DNA of 63,005 nucleotides, the filler included, from Octopus bimaculoides (lineage: Eukaryota), in the NCBI RefSeq assembly GCF_001194135.2. It is 5 parts of 5 records of this genome, joined end to end, with 100 filler letters (N's around TTAATTAATTAA, not from the genome) between each part and the next. Parts side by side here need not be neighbours in the genome. Positions count along the whole stretch, not along the records: positions 1 to 8,794 come from NC_068987.1; positions 8,895 to 39,751 come from NC_069002.1; 3 more parts are not named here. One strand, written 5' to 3'. A model generated the notes under the pieces. The model made no database searches and was not told the origin of the DNA. It was given only the letters and a program-made list of their open reading frames with translations. The translations under genes were made by a program, and so were the position numbers. This document shows, one piece after another, positions 1 through 13,101 of the stretch (position 1 is its first letter; each line of letters opens with the position of its first letter).

Positions 1-508
1 TATATATATAATCAGAGGCGACACAGTCATCAGCGTCACTCGGACTAATCACAAATTTTGCATAAGACACATGCCTGCTCGAAGAATTTTACGTTTTTCC
101 GCAATATTTCTAGACCCAAACGGCATTTTTTTAATACCTAGCACTATGTCTTTTTTCCATTTCTAAGTTAAGGGTAAAAATAAAGCAAACGTGCAGAACA
201 CAACTGATCTTTGCACACAGACGCACAGAATAACAGCAATCAAATGACGACAGTGGAGTACACAACCAAGCATCAGCGATCTGACTGTCGCTTATGCCTT
301 TGACAAGAGATGACAGTTACCTACCAGGCTATATAAACATCCCTCTTGTATATGGCTTGCAAGATTATGTCTTGGGAGGGTCATTATACCAATGATATTA
401 AACACAGACACGGGCTAAATATAGAGAAATGATATTGAACTAGTGCATGTGTTTATTATTGGCATGATGACCCTCCCACGACACAATATGTGTGTGTGTG
501 TATATGTG

Positions 509-561
<53 letters not shown>

Positions 562-1491
562 GGATCAGTTAATCATGTTAAATAAGGTTTGTTAGCTTCT
601 AGCATAAACAAGGTTTGTATAGAAAATACAAGACGATAATTGGTCAATGATAAACACGCGTTCGCGCGTGTATGTGTATACATATAAACACAGATACATA
701 AAGAGAGAGAGAGGAGGGCGTGAGAATAGAAAGAAGAGGTATGGCTGTGTGTGTGTGTGTGTGTTTATATGTAGTGAATTGTTTCCGGAAGTGCAGAGCT
801 TTCAAGGGGAGGGATTTTACTTTGGATGGTGTGAAGCCCACAAAATCAAATTAAATAAGCATGGAGGTTGCTCTATTTTTAGTGTCCTGGAAGCAATTGA
901 AACGATTTTCACTGCAGCTCCATTGATCTAAACGGGTCGTTCACATTCTGAGCGTTTAGTGTGTCGAGGTTGCACTTACTAATCACATCCAATTTACTTC
1001 TAAACGGATTCATTAACCTATATTTCTGGTTAGAGAGGAAGTTGTCCTTCTGGTACGTTAGAGGGCGCTGCATGGCCAGACGATCCGCTTCATATTCAGC
1101 ACTGATGCATTTTAAAGAGAGCAAACACTCGGTCAGACATGGTGGTAGAGTATTTGTGGAGTGAGCATATTTTCAGTCTATTATATTCTACTAGACATGG
1201 TGGGGGTTTGAGGGATAAATCTAGAGACCGCCCTGGGTGGTACAATTTCTAGCTACACCACGGGGCTTTGGTGTTCCTGGTATTACTGTACGCTGAAGAA
1301 CTAAGGGAAGGGTGGGGGGATGTTATCAATAATGTTATTGTGAGGAGCTAAGTTTGCGTTGCCATGACTGTATGCGTATGTGTCACACAAATTTATACAA
1401 CACACACACACAGAGAGAAACACACATAAATATATACGTACGTATGCGTTTGATGTTAATCTCTCTCTTTCTTCCTCTGCATACATATATT

Positions 1492-1523
<32 letters not shown>

Positions 1524-1722
1524 AACACACACACACACAGAAAGGTGGTGTGTAATATTGTAGGATGCATAGAATGAGAAAACAAAAGGGCAAACCACTT
1601 TAAAGAGCCACTAGTAACTTCATCATAGCCACATTGAAACCAGAGACATTAACATCACAAATTCCCATATACGTGTGTGTGAGAGTTTATATGTCTACAC
1701 ATATACACGCACACACCGACCG

Positions 1723-1768
<46 letters not shown>

Positions 1769-1968
1769 GTGTGTATGTATTTACAGAACATACATACATG
1801 GGTATGCGTGTTTTATACACATATAAATATATATATATGTATATAGACACATATATATATAGATACATACATACATAGATATACACAAATAAAATATACA
1901 TATAAATATATATATATACATACCTCATGATGATGATGATACATGTATGTATACATATATTTATGCAT

Positions 1969-1999
<31 letters not shown>

Positions 2000-2340
2000 T
2001 ATATGTAAAATGCTGTATTGGCATACACCCCCTACTCCTTGTTATACAGATTCTTGTTTTTTGGGGTGTTTTTATACCAGAAATTTTCCAATGTCAATTA
2101 TTCTGTACAGGATGCTCAGACAAAACACACAAGCACACACTCACACACACACAGGCACACACATATACATTCACACACGGACATGCACGCACCCAACACA
2201 CATGCTTACACACAACTATTCAGATGTATAAAGTCTCTGATATGTATACGCAAATTCTCATAGGACATTTACACATCCGCATGTGTATATGTAAGTATAC
2301 ATATCTGTGTGCATGTGCGTACACACACAAACACCACACA

Positions 2341-2405
<65 letters not shown>

Positions 2406-2619
2406 AGAAACACACACACACACATATATATATCAACACACACGCACGCCCATTTTCACACATGCCCAGACACACACAATGTAGAACCAACTTTGGGGAT
2501 CCTCTTACAAATTGCGCTGGAACAATAAGGCCGTCAGATTTCTATTTATTTTTTACACAATGACAAATGTGGAATATAAGAATCTATTGTAAGCGGATTG
2601 CACACAAACACACGTGTCG

Positions 2620-2658
<39 letters not shown>

Positions 2659-2955
2659 TACCACACACAGACCACATACATATAATGGATATAAATTCAC
2701 ACACACACAACTACACATGAGGAAATATAAACGCATGCGCAGCTGTTTGCGTTGGAGCATTACTCCGTGTTAAATGTAATGCAATCTATACATTCGGTTT
2801 TTATTTCATTTTATTGTTTGGGTTTTTTTTTTCCTTTCCGTGTGTGGTTGACTGGGTGTATATAGGTATGAGTGCTGTTACCGCTCTCTTACTTGCTCTA
2901 TGCTGAAGTTACACACGTTGTTGAAAGTATGTTGCTCACACAAATGTACGCGCAC

Positions 2956-2991
<36 letters not shown>

Positions 2992-3009
2992 GTCTGTCTG
3001 TCTGTCTAT

Positions 3010-3046
<37 letters not shown>

Positions 3047-3488
3047 GATAGATAGAGAGATAGACATCGGTCCGAGTAATTCTGGCTGACGAGAAACAAT
3101 ACGTCGTAACACTAATGCCCCCCCCCAAGCCCTTGCACAAGAAACCCGAGACTATTATGATCACATTGACGTTGGAAGGTGGAGAACTTGTTCTCCTGTG
3201 ACTTTCACAACAACGACTAGCATATTTTGCTTTCGAATCCACCCGAATATATGAAGAATGCAAATACTCGTTAATATAGTTTATATTTATTATGACTTTA
3301 CCATTCAATCTGTTTGGGTTGATAAAAAAAATCCCATTTGAACACTGGGATTGATGCAGACTAGTCTCTCCCTCCCATATCTCAGTCCCTGAACCTATTA
3401 GTAGGAAGGACACACACACAATGTGCACACGTGCGTGTCTGTGTGTGTGATATCTCTATTTGGTTTTGTTGCTATTATTGTCTTCGAG

Positions 3489-3875
3489 GGAGTTTGTCAA
3501 TCTCAGTCACAGATTTTTTTTTTCTTAAATAATTTGAAACTTCGAATACTGGTAGAATGTGTCATGTAGAACAGGGTTTACTCTTAACGTTTTTCATAAA
3601 ATTTTGTATTTTAGAAGTTATTTCGTGTTAAAATTGTCGTATTTGGGTAATTTCAGCCAATCAATGACGTGTAATCAGCGGAAGAAAGTTACTGCTGCTG
3701 TTTGCGAACAACAACTTCCGTGTCCATTGACAAAACAGTGAATCTTCGACAGCAACGTTTGTCAAAAACGTTAAGTATAAACCTTCTTCGTGACACATTC
3801 AACCAGTATCCGAAGTTTCAAACTGTCAAGTTAAAAAATTAATTAAAATATCTGTGACTGAGATTAACAAGATCC
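3489..3875. mobile_element. Complete non-autonomous fold-back DNA transposon (MITE), GG-terminated with 8-bp TSD; Merlin-like
   Basis: TCTTCGAG is directly repeated at 3481-3488 and 3876-3883. Left end GGAGTTTGTCAATCTCAGTCACAGAT matches the reverse complement of the right end (GGATCTTGTTAATCTCAGTCACAGAT). A second inverted pair lies at about 3533-3596 / 3760-3822 (tttgaaacttcgaatactggt vs accagtatccgaagtttcaaa). The superfamily call rests on the GG ends plus 8-bp TSD only. Confidence 0.8.
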
Positions 3876-4299
3876 TCTTCGAGTCCCAAGTCAGGCATTG
3901 ATCAAACATATCTACGAGTAACTGTATTCCAGATATGACTCTCCCGTCTATAATTTTGCGGTACATAGAACTATATTGTCAAGTGTTTATTTTTTGTTGT
4001 TATTTTTTTCTTCTTTACGGTAATGGTTTGTATTTAGAGGGCGTTTTTACAGTTACTTTAAACCGATCGAATGAATGAGTAAGGAAATGTAAATATTTCA
4101 TTGGTCAACGACCCCTGCGCAGTGGTGATGTCACACAACTCTTCATGCCTGAATGCACCAAATTCGGTGGTATTTCTTAATGGTCTAAAATTGCGGTAAT
4201 ACTGTGGAACTGACGAATATTTTGCCGTTTCTCTCGGCCAAGCCACAAAAGCCTTACACAAAATGATACACTACAGTGTGTGGTCTAACAAGTTCTGCC

Positions 4300-4832
4300 A
4301 TTTCTTAATACACGCACGCATGCACACTCACCTAGACACTCACACATGCTTACACACACACACACACTCACACACACTCGCTCACACACTCACTCACACA
4401 CACACTCACACACACACACACGCACACACACATACGCTCACGCACACACTCACACACACACACTCTCATACACACACACTCACTNNNNNNNNNNNNNNNN
4501 NNNNNNNNNNNNNNNNNNNNNNNNNNNNNNNNNNNNNNNNNNNNNNNNNNNNNNNNNNNNNNNNNNNNNNNNNNNNNNNNNNNNNNNNNNNNNNNNNNNN
4601 NNNNNNNNNNNNNNNNNNACACACACATACGCTCACGCACACACTCACACACACACACTCTCATACACACACACTCACTCACACACACACACACTCACTC
4701 ACACACACACTAACACACACACATTGACACACTGACACACTCACACACACACACACACACACACTCACTCACACACTCACTCACTCACACACTCACTCAC
4801 ACTCATACACTCACACACTCACTCACACTCAC
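4300..4832. repeat. (CA)n/(CACT)n compound microsatellite with internal N gap
   Basis: Directly visible low-complexity array. Confidence 0.95.
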
Positions 4833-4839
4833 TCACACA

Positions 4840-4858
4840 TACATCCTCCTCCTCCTCC

Positions 4859-4897
<39 letters not shown>

Positions 4898-5495
4898 CCA
4901 TCATCATCATTATCGCCATCGTTATTATCCTTATCGTCTCTTCTTTCACATTATCATCATGATTGATGTTACTCATATTCACTATAATTAGCATCATCAT
5001 TATCAGCAGCAGCAGCAGCCGCGTTATCATCATCGTCATCGTCATCAAAATAAACTTCAACATCATTATCCTCATCTGTCATCATTATCTTCACCAGTTT
5101 TAACCATCATCTTTATCTCCATCACCATCATCATCTTCAAACATATTGTGAACACCATCTTCGCTATCGTCGTTGTCATCATTAGCCACCATTGCGCCGC
5201 CGCCGCTGCTGCTGCTGCTACTACCACCACCACGACTGCCACCACCACCACCACCACGACTACCACCATAACTACTACTACTACTACTACTACTGCTACT
5301 ACCATCACCACGACTACCACTACGACTATCACCACTTCCACCACCATCACCATGACTGCCACCACCACCACGACTACCACCACCTCCATCACTACTACTA
5401 CTACTACTACTATTACTACTACCATCACCATGACTGCCACCACCACCATTACTACTACTACTACAACCACCACCACCACCACCACCACCGCCATT
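4840..5495. repeat. Compound trinucleotide array (CCT, CAT, CAG, GCC, GCT, ACC, ACT units)
   Basis: Directly visible; source of the poly-T/H/Y/V/G ORFs in the track. Confidence 0.95.
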
Positions 5496-5511
5496 CCTAC
5501 TCAAAATCATT

Positions 5512-5722
5512 TCAGCCGACATATTTGATTGATAGTTTTATAGATTTGTTGATGTCTAAGGTGTAATCAGCTCTGTTTTCCTGCTGATTGATCTGTGTGG
5601 TGAGAAGATAAGTATAGGGTCTCAGGGAAACCTTGAAATAGCTGAACACATCAGATAGATCATTGCTTGTTTCCTTCCAGAAGTCTTCTTTTCGAGCGCT
5701 CTGCCGTTCCAGAAGTCTCACA
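5512..5722 (-). CDS. Candidate terminal coding exon (hypothetical, no recognised homology)
   Basis: Minus strand shows a strong pyrimidine tract TTTCATC(T)12GTTCAAGTAACCAG followed by a non-repetitive 70-codon open frame (VRLLERQSARKEDFWKETSNDLSDVFSYFK...) to TGA. No transcript evidence. Confidence 0.22.
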
Positions 5723-5916
5723 CTGGTTACTTGAACAAAAAAAAAAAAAGATGAAATTTGCCACAGAAACCAATCGAAACTAACATGATGGACATTTCTG
5801 ATGTCCGGCCCATATTCTATACCTTGACCGTCTAGAATATCTAGAAAGCCAGTTTAGTTTTTACATTCAGCAATATCGTAGACTCATCTACTCTTCCTTC
5901 CTACGTCCTTCAGACA

Positions 5917-6240
5917 TATTGTGTCGAGTCGAAAGTTTTACAGATTTTTGTTGACAAATGTCCTTTATTCTTACAACAAAAGCATCCTAGCACTCAAAGT
6001 GGAGGCCAATGTGTTGCAGCGTCTGAAGTCCCTTTTCTGCCAGCTCTTTGATTCCACGCTGAGACCAGTTCTTGTCCTTCAAAAGGAAGAACTCTCTCAT
6101 CAAAGTTTCCACCTCCATTTCATTGACGTCGCGTTGCGAGCGCAGGAAGTGATCCATGGACCGGAACAAGTAATATTAAATCTGGAATGTTGTAGAGGGA
6201 AGAATTTGTCCAGGATTGCTTTAACTGGCCGTCTCGTTCT
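5917..6240 (-). mobile_element. Degenerate mariner (Tc1/mariner) transposon 3' fragment
   Basis: Minus frame reads PDL..YYLFRSMDHFLRSQRDVNEMEVETLMREFFLLKDKNWSQRGIKELAEKGLQTLQHIGLHFEC, matching the mariner C-terminus after YSPDLAPSDY (APSD deleted here). A TIR-like end AAAAATCTGTAAAACTTTCGACTCGACACAATA finishes in TA at 5917. Confidence 0.8.
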
Positions 6241-6759
6241 TTGCCGGAACCCCTTCAATATGGTGTCCCAGCAAGAGCGCAGTCTATCTACTAAAACGAA
6301 TGGTGTGTGTGTGTGCGCGCGCGCGCGTGTATACACCTCTGTGCGTGCGTGCGTGTGTGCGTGTGTGCGTGTATGTGCGATTGTGGCTTTATATTTATGT
6401 TGTCTCTGTCTCTCCTCTCCCCCACACACTTGAAAACTGGCGTTGGTTTGTTTGCGTCTTCGGCAAAATCAGACCGACAGAATAACTAGCAGACTCCCCA
6501 ATCCCATCGTAGCGCTGTTGAAGCAAATGGAAGGACACACCAGATGATGTAAGCCGAGATATATATTATGGCAGGATGGTCGTGGCGGGGATGGCTTTGC
6601 TCGTAACTATTGCACAGTCTAAGCTGACCTGGATTTAAGCAACAAAAACAACGAATGGAACAACAGAAAAGACAACAACAACAACAAAAGAAAATCAGGA
6701 AGAATAAAAACTGCAAAAATGAATCATCTTCAGCATGGCAACCATTGTTACTATTTTCT

Positions 6760-7015
6760 TGTTCCTCCTCATCATCGTCATCATCATCGTCATCATCATC
6801 GTCATCATCATCGTCATCATCCCAACCATTTGCCTCATCATCGTCATATCCTCCACCACCTCCTCCTCAGCCTCATCTGCATCCTCCTGATCATCATCAC
6901 CACCGCCACAACTACCAACATCATCCTCATCATCATCATCCTCATCATCATCGTCGTCACCGTCATCGTCGACGTCGTCATCGTCAGCAATAGCAGCGTT
7001 AACCACGTCAACAAC
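6760..7015. repeat. (CAT/CGT/CCT/CAC)n compound trinucleotide array
   Basis: Directly visible. Confidence 0.9.
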
Positions 7016-7878
7016 TAAAACATTGGAGGTGTTTATGGCAAAGCTATTAGAATTCCATTCAAGCAGATTATATAACTTCTGAGAGGCTGAAAGAAAGAAC
7101 AGATGTACGTATATAGGTGCGTGTGTATATGCATGTGTGTGAACATACGTATGAGTGTATGTACATGCATGCATGTATGTATGTGGGAACATTTGTACGT
7201 ATGAGTATTTATCTGACTCTGAATTTATCCTTGTACTTATGTATGCATGTGTGTAAGCTTGTACCTATGGACTTGTATGTGTGTGTACGTACGTATGTAT
7301 GTACGTTTGTATGTATGTGTGTGTTTATGGGAGTTTGAATATTGTTTCGTGTTTATCTCAATTATGAGTTTTCGCAGTGTATTTTTATACCTCATCGTGT
7401 GTGTGTGTGTATGAGAGAGAGAGAGAGAGAAAGGGAGATAGCGAGACAGACAGACTGAGAGTGTGGGAGGGGGGAGCATGTGCTTCTGACAGATATAGAC
7501 TATATTCATCCGCATTCATATAAATAAATATACACTCATTGTATTTATTGTATATCGTATATCTCTGCCTGTGTGGTATCTACAGACACACACAAACACA
7601 CATGCACATATGAACTTTCATACATGTTTATGTGCGTTTGCGTCAGCACACGTATGCAGGTAGATAGATAGGTAGACAGATAGATAGATAGATAGGTAGG
7701 TAGATAGGTAGACAAATAGATAGACAGACAGATAGATAGATAGATAAGCAGACAGAATGACAGACATATGCAATCGTGGAGCAGGGGGTAGGGCTGCGCT
7801 TAGCTCCCGGTGAGCGATGTCTGGTACACAGATTAGATTCTAGATTCAGTCATTCCTCACTTCCGTTAAGCTCAGTAC

Positions 7879-8007
7879 CTGCAATTTCCGGTCGAAGTTA
7901 ACCGTGTGGAATAGAGGTGGGGGCTACGCCAGACTGACTTCGTAACCCTCGATATATTTGATACTAGATTGAGGTTTTGCGTCCAACGTAAGAACCAAGT
8001 TAGAGAG

Positions 8008-8008
<1 letters not shown>
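7879..8008 (-). CDS. Candidate internal exon (130 nt, hypothetical)
   Basis: Minus strand has acceptor (TG)nCAG| at 8009 and donor CAG|GTACTG at 7878. One frame is open throughout (SLTWFLRWTQNLNLVSNISRVTKSVWRSPHLYSTRLTSTGNC). Unique sequence between repeats; no recognised homology. Confidence 0.22.
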
Positions 8009-8066
<58 letters not shown>

Positions 8067-8140
8067 NNNNNNNNNNNNNNNNACTATACAGCGATGAAAT
8101 GTGAGAGTACGCATATATAAATGCATGCACACATATATGC

Positions 8141-8175
<35 letters not shown>

Positions 8176-8744
8176 TGTGTGTATAAATAGGTATGTGTGT
8201 GTGTGAGTATATATATATATATACATACATACATACAGGAGTGGCTGTGTGGTAAGTACACATTCTCATACATAGTATGCTTTATGACATTTTTTTATTT
8301 TTGTTTTGTTTTGCATTCTTTATTTTATGAAATAAAATGTAAGGAATACTTTTTAAAAAAACCTGCAGTTTAGCCTGGCCATGGTAACTATAAAAAGTGG
8401 TTGGCTTAAATGATTTCTCCAGGAGGAGGGAACAGGTGTAGGTGGAGTCGGGGGTTGAAGTGATTAGTTTCCAGCCTTGTTAGAGATTTACAAGCGAAAG
8501 AAAACACGTTTCCTCTCCACATGGAATATATGAGTTTACTGATAGATTTTACTCTATACGAACTCACACAGAGCTAAAATGCTCTCTGTAATGTGAATAA
8601 AGGCCAAAGCTTCGAGGTCACTGTCAACAAAATCCCTTTTGAAGAATATACTTGCACTCTACAAATGTATAGAATAACTCCTCAGATTAATGTAAAATAG
8701 TTTTTATTATAACATAAGAACAAACATTAACTAACTCTCTCTAA

Positions 8745-8794
<50 letters not shown>

Positions 8795-8894
8795 NNNNNN
8801 NNNNNNNNNNNNNNNNNNNNNNNNNNNNNNNNNNNNNNTTAATTAATTAANNNNNNNNNNNNNNNNNNNNNNNNNNNNNNNNNNNNNNNNNNNN
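8795..8894. other. Artificial scaffold spacer (44 N + TTAATTAATTAA + 44 N)
   Basis: Exactly 100 bp; the central 12-mer gives stop codons in all six frames; identical structure at four sites. Confidence 0.97.
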
Positions 8895-8905
8895 ATATTC
8901 ACATG

Positions 8906-8957
<52 letters not shown>

Positions 8958-10721
8958 CTTACATGTATTTATCTATTTCTACGTATGCATGTATGCATAT
9001 CTGGAGTGTGAAAGAGAAAATGAGCAAGTGACAAAGAGAGAGATAAAGAGAGAGTGTGAAAGAGAGTGATGGTGATAAATGAAAAGGAATAGATATGTAC
9101 TTTAGATTATCTCCACATTAATTTATAAGGAAATGTTCAATGAACAAACACACACACACACACACATACACACACAGAATTAAATGAATATACATTTGAA
9201 TAAAATGAGAAAACCGCTTCAATGCGTTGTTTTTAAAACATTTACTTTATCTCAATGTTAATATTTCAAGCATTAAAATCGTTTTCAAGAAAAAGAGACG
9301 AAGGAAAATGATGAAATGAATAACGGGAGGAAAATAGCAATCAATACAGAAAGTAGATTATAAACTTTTATTAATGATTTTAGATGGCTCCCTGTTGCTA
9401 ATCAGAGTGTAGCGTTGCTGCTATTTACGGTACAGAAACGATAGAATGTAACATAAACTGCATCATTAAAGCACTGAATGCTATACTTTGAATTATTTGT
9501 TGCAATTCACTGAACTCTGCATTCAAATACCGCCTACGAAAGTTTTGCTTCCAATCCATTCGAGGTCGATTAATCCTAAGTTGGCTGAATATTTAGCACT
9601 TTGGACAAAATTCTTAGCGACAATGCTTCCAGCTTTCAACTTTCCAGCTCCGAATTCAAAACGCACCGAAGTCGATAACGTCTTTTATCCTTTCGAGATA
9701 GATAATAAAATACTAGTCCAGAGGTGTGAGGTGGCTACTTTGTAGACTAGTTAAGACACCGGTCAAAATGACATAGTGGCATCACTTCCGGTTCTTTATA
9801 TTCTGAGTTTAAATTCCACGGGGGTCACCAGGATTGATAGAATAAAGTACCAGACAAGTAGTGGTGTCAATTTAATGGACTTGCCTCCTCCCCTCGAAAA
9901 TACTCGATTATACGCACACATATTTATATAGCGTGCTATAAGACATATCTTTAAATTTTTTTGAGCCAACAGTGTGTTTTACGACGATTATAAGCAATTC
10001 GTCTGTATATGTGGGACAACAGAGAATGGTAAACAGCAGTATGCTTGGCTATCTTTCCATCAAAAATTTCCTGCGGCTAAAAGGTTTAGTGTTCCGTAAT
10101 TCATGAAGGATGTCGATATTAAAGAACGTGATAATGAATTCTTGAAATTTACTGATTCCTCATGTAAATTCTTTTTTGTTCTAAGTTCGAGGAGAATGAG
10201 ATTTATGATGCAGCTCTAGGTATTTACAACGAAGAGTAATAAAGATTGTATGGCCATATCAGCACTAACGATCATTAAAATATTCATAGAGAAAATAAAG
10301 TTGTTGACAAGACAGTTGGATTTTGGTCGAAATCTGCTACGTATGTATGGAACTAAAGTAATATTACAAAGAAAAATTGGAAGCGTTCTTCAAGCACAGA
10401 CTTGCATGTAAATTTGGTTTAACCACAGAACGAGACACCATAATGAATTCGCTGAAATTATAAAAGTCATCGGTTGGTGCTAGACTCGTTAGTCCGGGCG
10501 CTTTTTGTTGAAGAGAAACATGTTGAAACACTGGTGTCCCCTGCGCTAATTAATGAAATGTGTTATGAACACGTAGTCGTCGTAAGAGAGAAGCTGTTCT
10601 CGCCCCGACGAGCACAACAGCGATTCTGCGTATCTGCATTCGAATATACGTCATCGTCATCATAATGATTCTTGAATTTCTACTTATGCTAAAACACGCA
10701 TATACACAATTACTCAAAACC

Positions 10722-10789
<68 letters not shown>

Positions 10790-10916
10790 CACTCACTCAC
10801 TCACTCACACACACACACAGACATATACAGGCACACTACAAGGAACATTCCCATAACAAGGTTTGGATACTATATCTTAAAGTCTCCTGCCTAATATTTG
10901 ATTTGAAATACAACTT

Positions 10917-10948
<32 letters not shown>

Positions 10949-10950
10949 GA

Positions 10951-11088
10951 CAGACTTCTTTCAGTTTCCATCTACCAAATGCACTCACAAGGCTTTGGCT
11001 GGCTCGAGGCTATAGGAGAAGACACTTGCCCAAGGTGCCACGCTGCGGGACTTAACCCAGAACCATGTTGTTGGGAAGCAACCTTCTT
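10951..11088 (-). mobile_element. tRNA-derived SINE family B, 5' half
   Basis: Reverse complement of the head and central block (...ccttgggcaagtgtcttctcctatagcctcgag...gccttgtgagtgcatttggtagatggaaactgaaagaag) shared with 19435, 19600 and 54417. Confidence 0.85.
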
Positions 11089-11907
11089 ATTTCTTTATTG
11101 CCCACAAGGGGCTAAACATGTATGTATGCGTGTGTGCGTGTGTGCGTGTGTGTGTGTGGGTGCGTGCGTGATAAAGTTAATCTATATTGATATTAATGGT
11201 TGAAAACAGTAGAATAACGAAAGAAAGATTTTTGTAGTTTTGCGAAATTTTTTCCCCATTTCTTTGGTTGTGGAAGAAAATGAAGCTGGAATATTGGAAG
11301 ACAGAAATCTAATTTGCGATAAGAAATATGGAAATGGGAAAATGAAATACAGTAAATTTACTTGCATTTTATTACTGTAATACAATAAACTCTACACACA
11401 TAGATACATACATAATGCACACTTGCACTATGTTTCTGTATATCTATGTATGTTTGTTTTGTTTTTTAGTCCTTAGAATTCTTCTTAAATGGAAGGAATT
11501 GGTTTCTAACAAAGAAAAACAGCTCCATTGCTGGAATTGTGATATCAGTAATAATAAGTTTACATGTTGAACTTTAGAAATGTCTTGCATATTTATATTG
11601 TTCCTCTTACATATCGTATTTGTAAAGTGCATGCTAGCCTTTCTCTTTCTTTGCCTGAAAATCGTAGCTTTTCCATATTGTTAAATTTAGACATCTAATA
11701 ACGTAGCCATGTATAGTAAAAATTATTTTGTAAAGATGCATGATCTTGATTTTATAGTGTTGTACTCATACTCCCAAGATTTGGGGTTCGATATCCAAAC
11801 AGGGCGGTACGCTGTGCTCTTCTGTTAAACAATTCATTTCACGTTATTCAAGTCTACTCAAGAGTAAATGGGTAACTCCCGTTTAGAGGCTAGCGTTGTG
11901 ATCTCAA

Positions 11908-12592
11908 TTTGTCAACTTGTTTAAGCAACTTCATAGTGATACGAAAGCTTGTCTTAATTTCAATGGGTCACTATCGGAACCAATTTCCATCGATAACGGA
12001 GTTAAGCAAGGTGATATTGCTGCTCCAACACTTTTTTTCCATATATTTTGCGGTAACTATCTTGCATGTTTTCCACGACTGTGATATCGGCGTCTGTATT
12101 CGCTTCAGGACCACAGTTAAGGTCTTTGATGTTAAACGCTTTAATGCCAAGCCGAAGACATTCCAGGGCCTTGTTCGAGAGCTCCTTTATGCTTATGATG
12201 TAGTTCTCGTTGCTCACACCGAGGAGGATATGCAGGCTATATTGAATCTCTTCTCTAGAGCTTGTATGGCTTTTGGACTTACTATCAGTCTAAAGAAAAC
12301 AAAGCTCATGTTCTCTCAGCCACCAGGACAACCCTATGTGAAACCTAACATCTTCGTCCAGGGTCAAGATTAGATGTGGTTGACTCCTTTGATTCTGAAA
12401 TAAACCCGAGAATTGAAAAAGCCAGCAAAGCATTTGGAAGGCTTGAAAATCGTGTGTGGTCTGATAGAGTTATCACCTTCAAAACCAAGCTTAGTATCTA
12501 TGAATCTTGCATTTTAACGGTCCTCCTGTACTCTTCTGAGACCTGGACGACATATCGGTGCCACATCAAGGCTTTAGGAAGATTACATGAAA
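11908..12592 (+). mobile_element. RTE-clade (BovB-like) LINE reverse transcriptase fragment, decayed
   Basis: FVNLFKQLHSD..SEPISIDNGVKQGDIAAPTLF, frameshift near 12046, then SIYFAVTILHVFHDCDIGVCIRFRT..LVRELLYAYDVVLVAHTEEDMQ..FGLTISLKKTK, then RIEKASKAFGRLENRVWSDR..TKLSIYESCILTVLLYSSETWT. Catalytic YADD reads YAYD (12188-12199). Confidence 0.92.
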
Positions 12593-13101
12593 TGGAATTC
12601 TTTAAAACCAGACACCGTTGACAAATATAACACCGATATATTTTTTTAAAATGTTAGAGAAACATTTTTACATTTTAGATTCAATTAATTCATTAGCTTT
12701 CATTTTTTTTTCAATATTTTTCTAACTGTAAATAGAAATTACTTGGTTATATGATAATGCAAACTTTAAAGAAATAAACTCTTTTGATTTTAAGACAATT
12801 TTTTTACTATATTTACTCTTTTTAATTACATATATTCTACATGTAGTTAATTTTATAACACAATATCTGTGATTTAATTTTTTCGTATAATGAGTTTTGT
12901 TAGGAAAATAAAATTAAAAAGAAAATATGATACTACAAATCAGAAATGCTTTAGCTTAATACAAAGAAACATTTTAATCAAAAATATTAAATTAAATTTA
13001 AAAATTAACAAATATATATATAAAATGAAATCGCGAACGTAAAATAGCTGTGAAAACAGCTTAGATCTGCTAAAATTCCTTAGAAAAAAAGGACGGTTCG
13101 G

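Noticed and set aside
862-931. GGCSIFSVLEAIETIF resembles DEG/ENaC TM2 (GLFLGCS.LS..E)
   Set aside because: It lacks the upstream GG..GLF motif and a splice acceptor, and no other channel exons are seen; likely coincidence.
3086-3097. CTGACGAGAAAC hammerhead-like core
   Set aside because: No stem II between CUGANGA and GAAA and no convincing stems I/III. Other CTGATGA sites I checked also lack the fold.
8839-8850. TTAATTAATTAA palindromes as biological sites
   Set aside because: Always centred in exactly 44+44 N, so they are assembly spacers.
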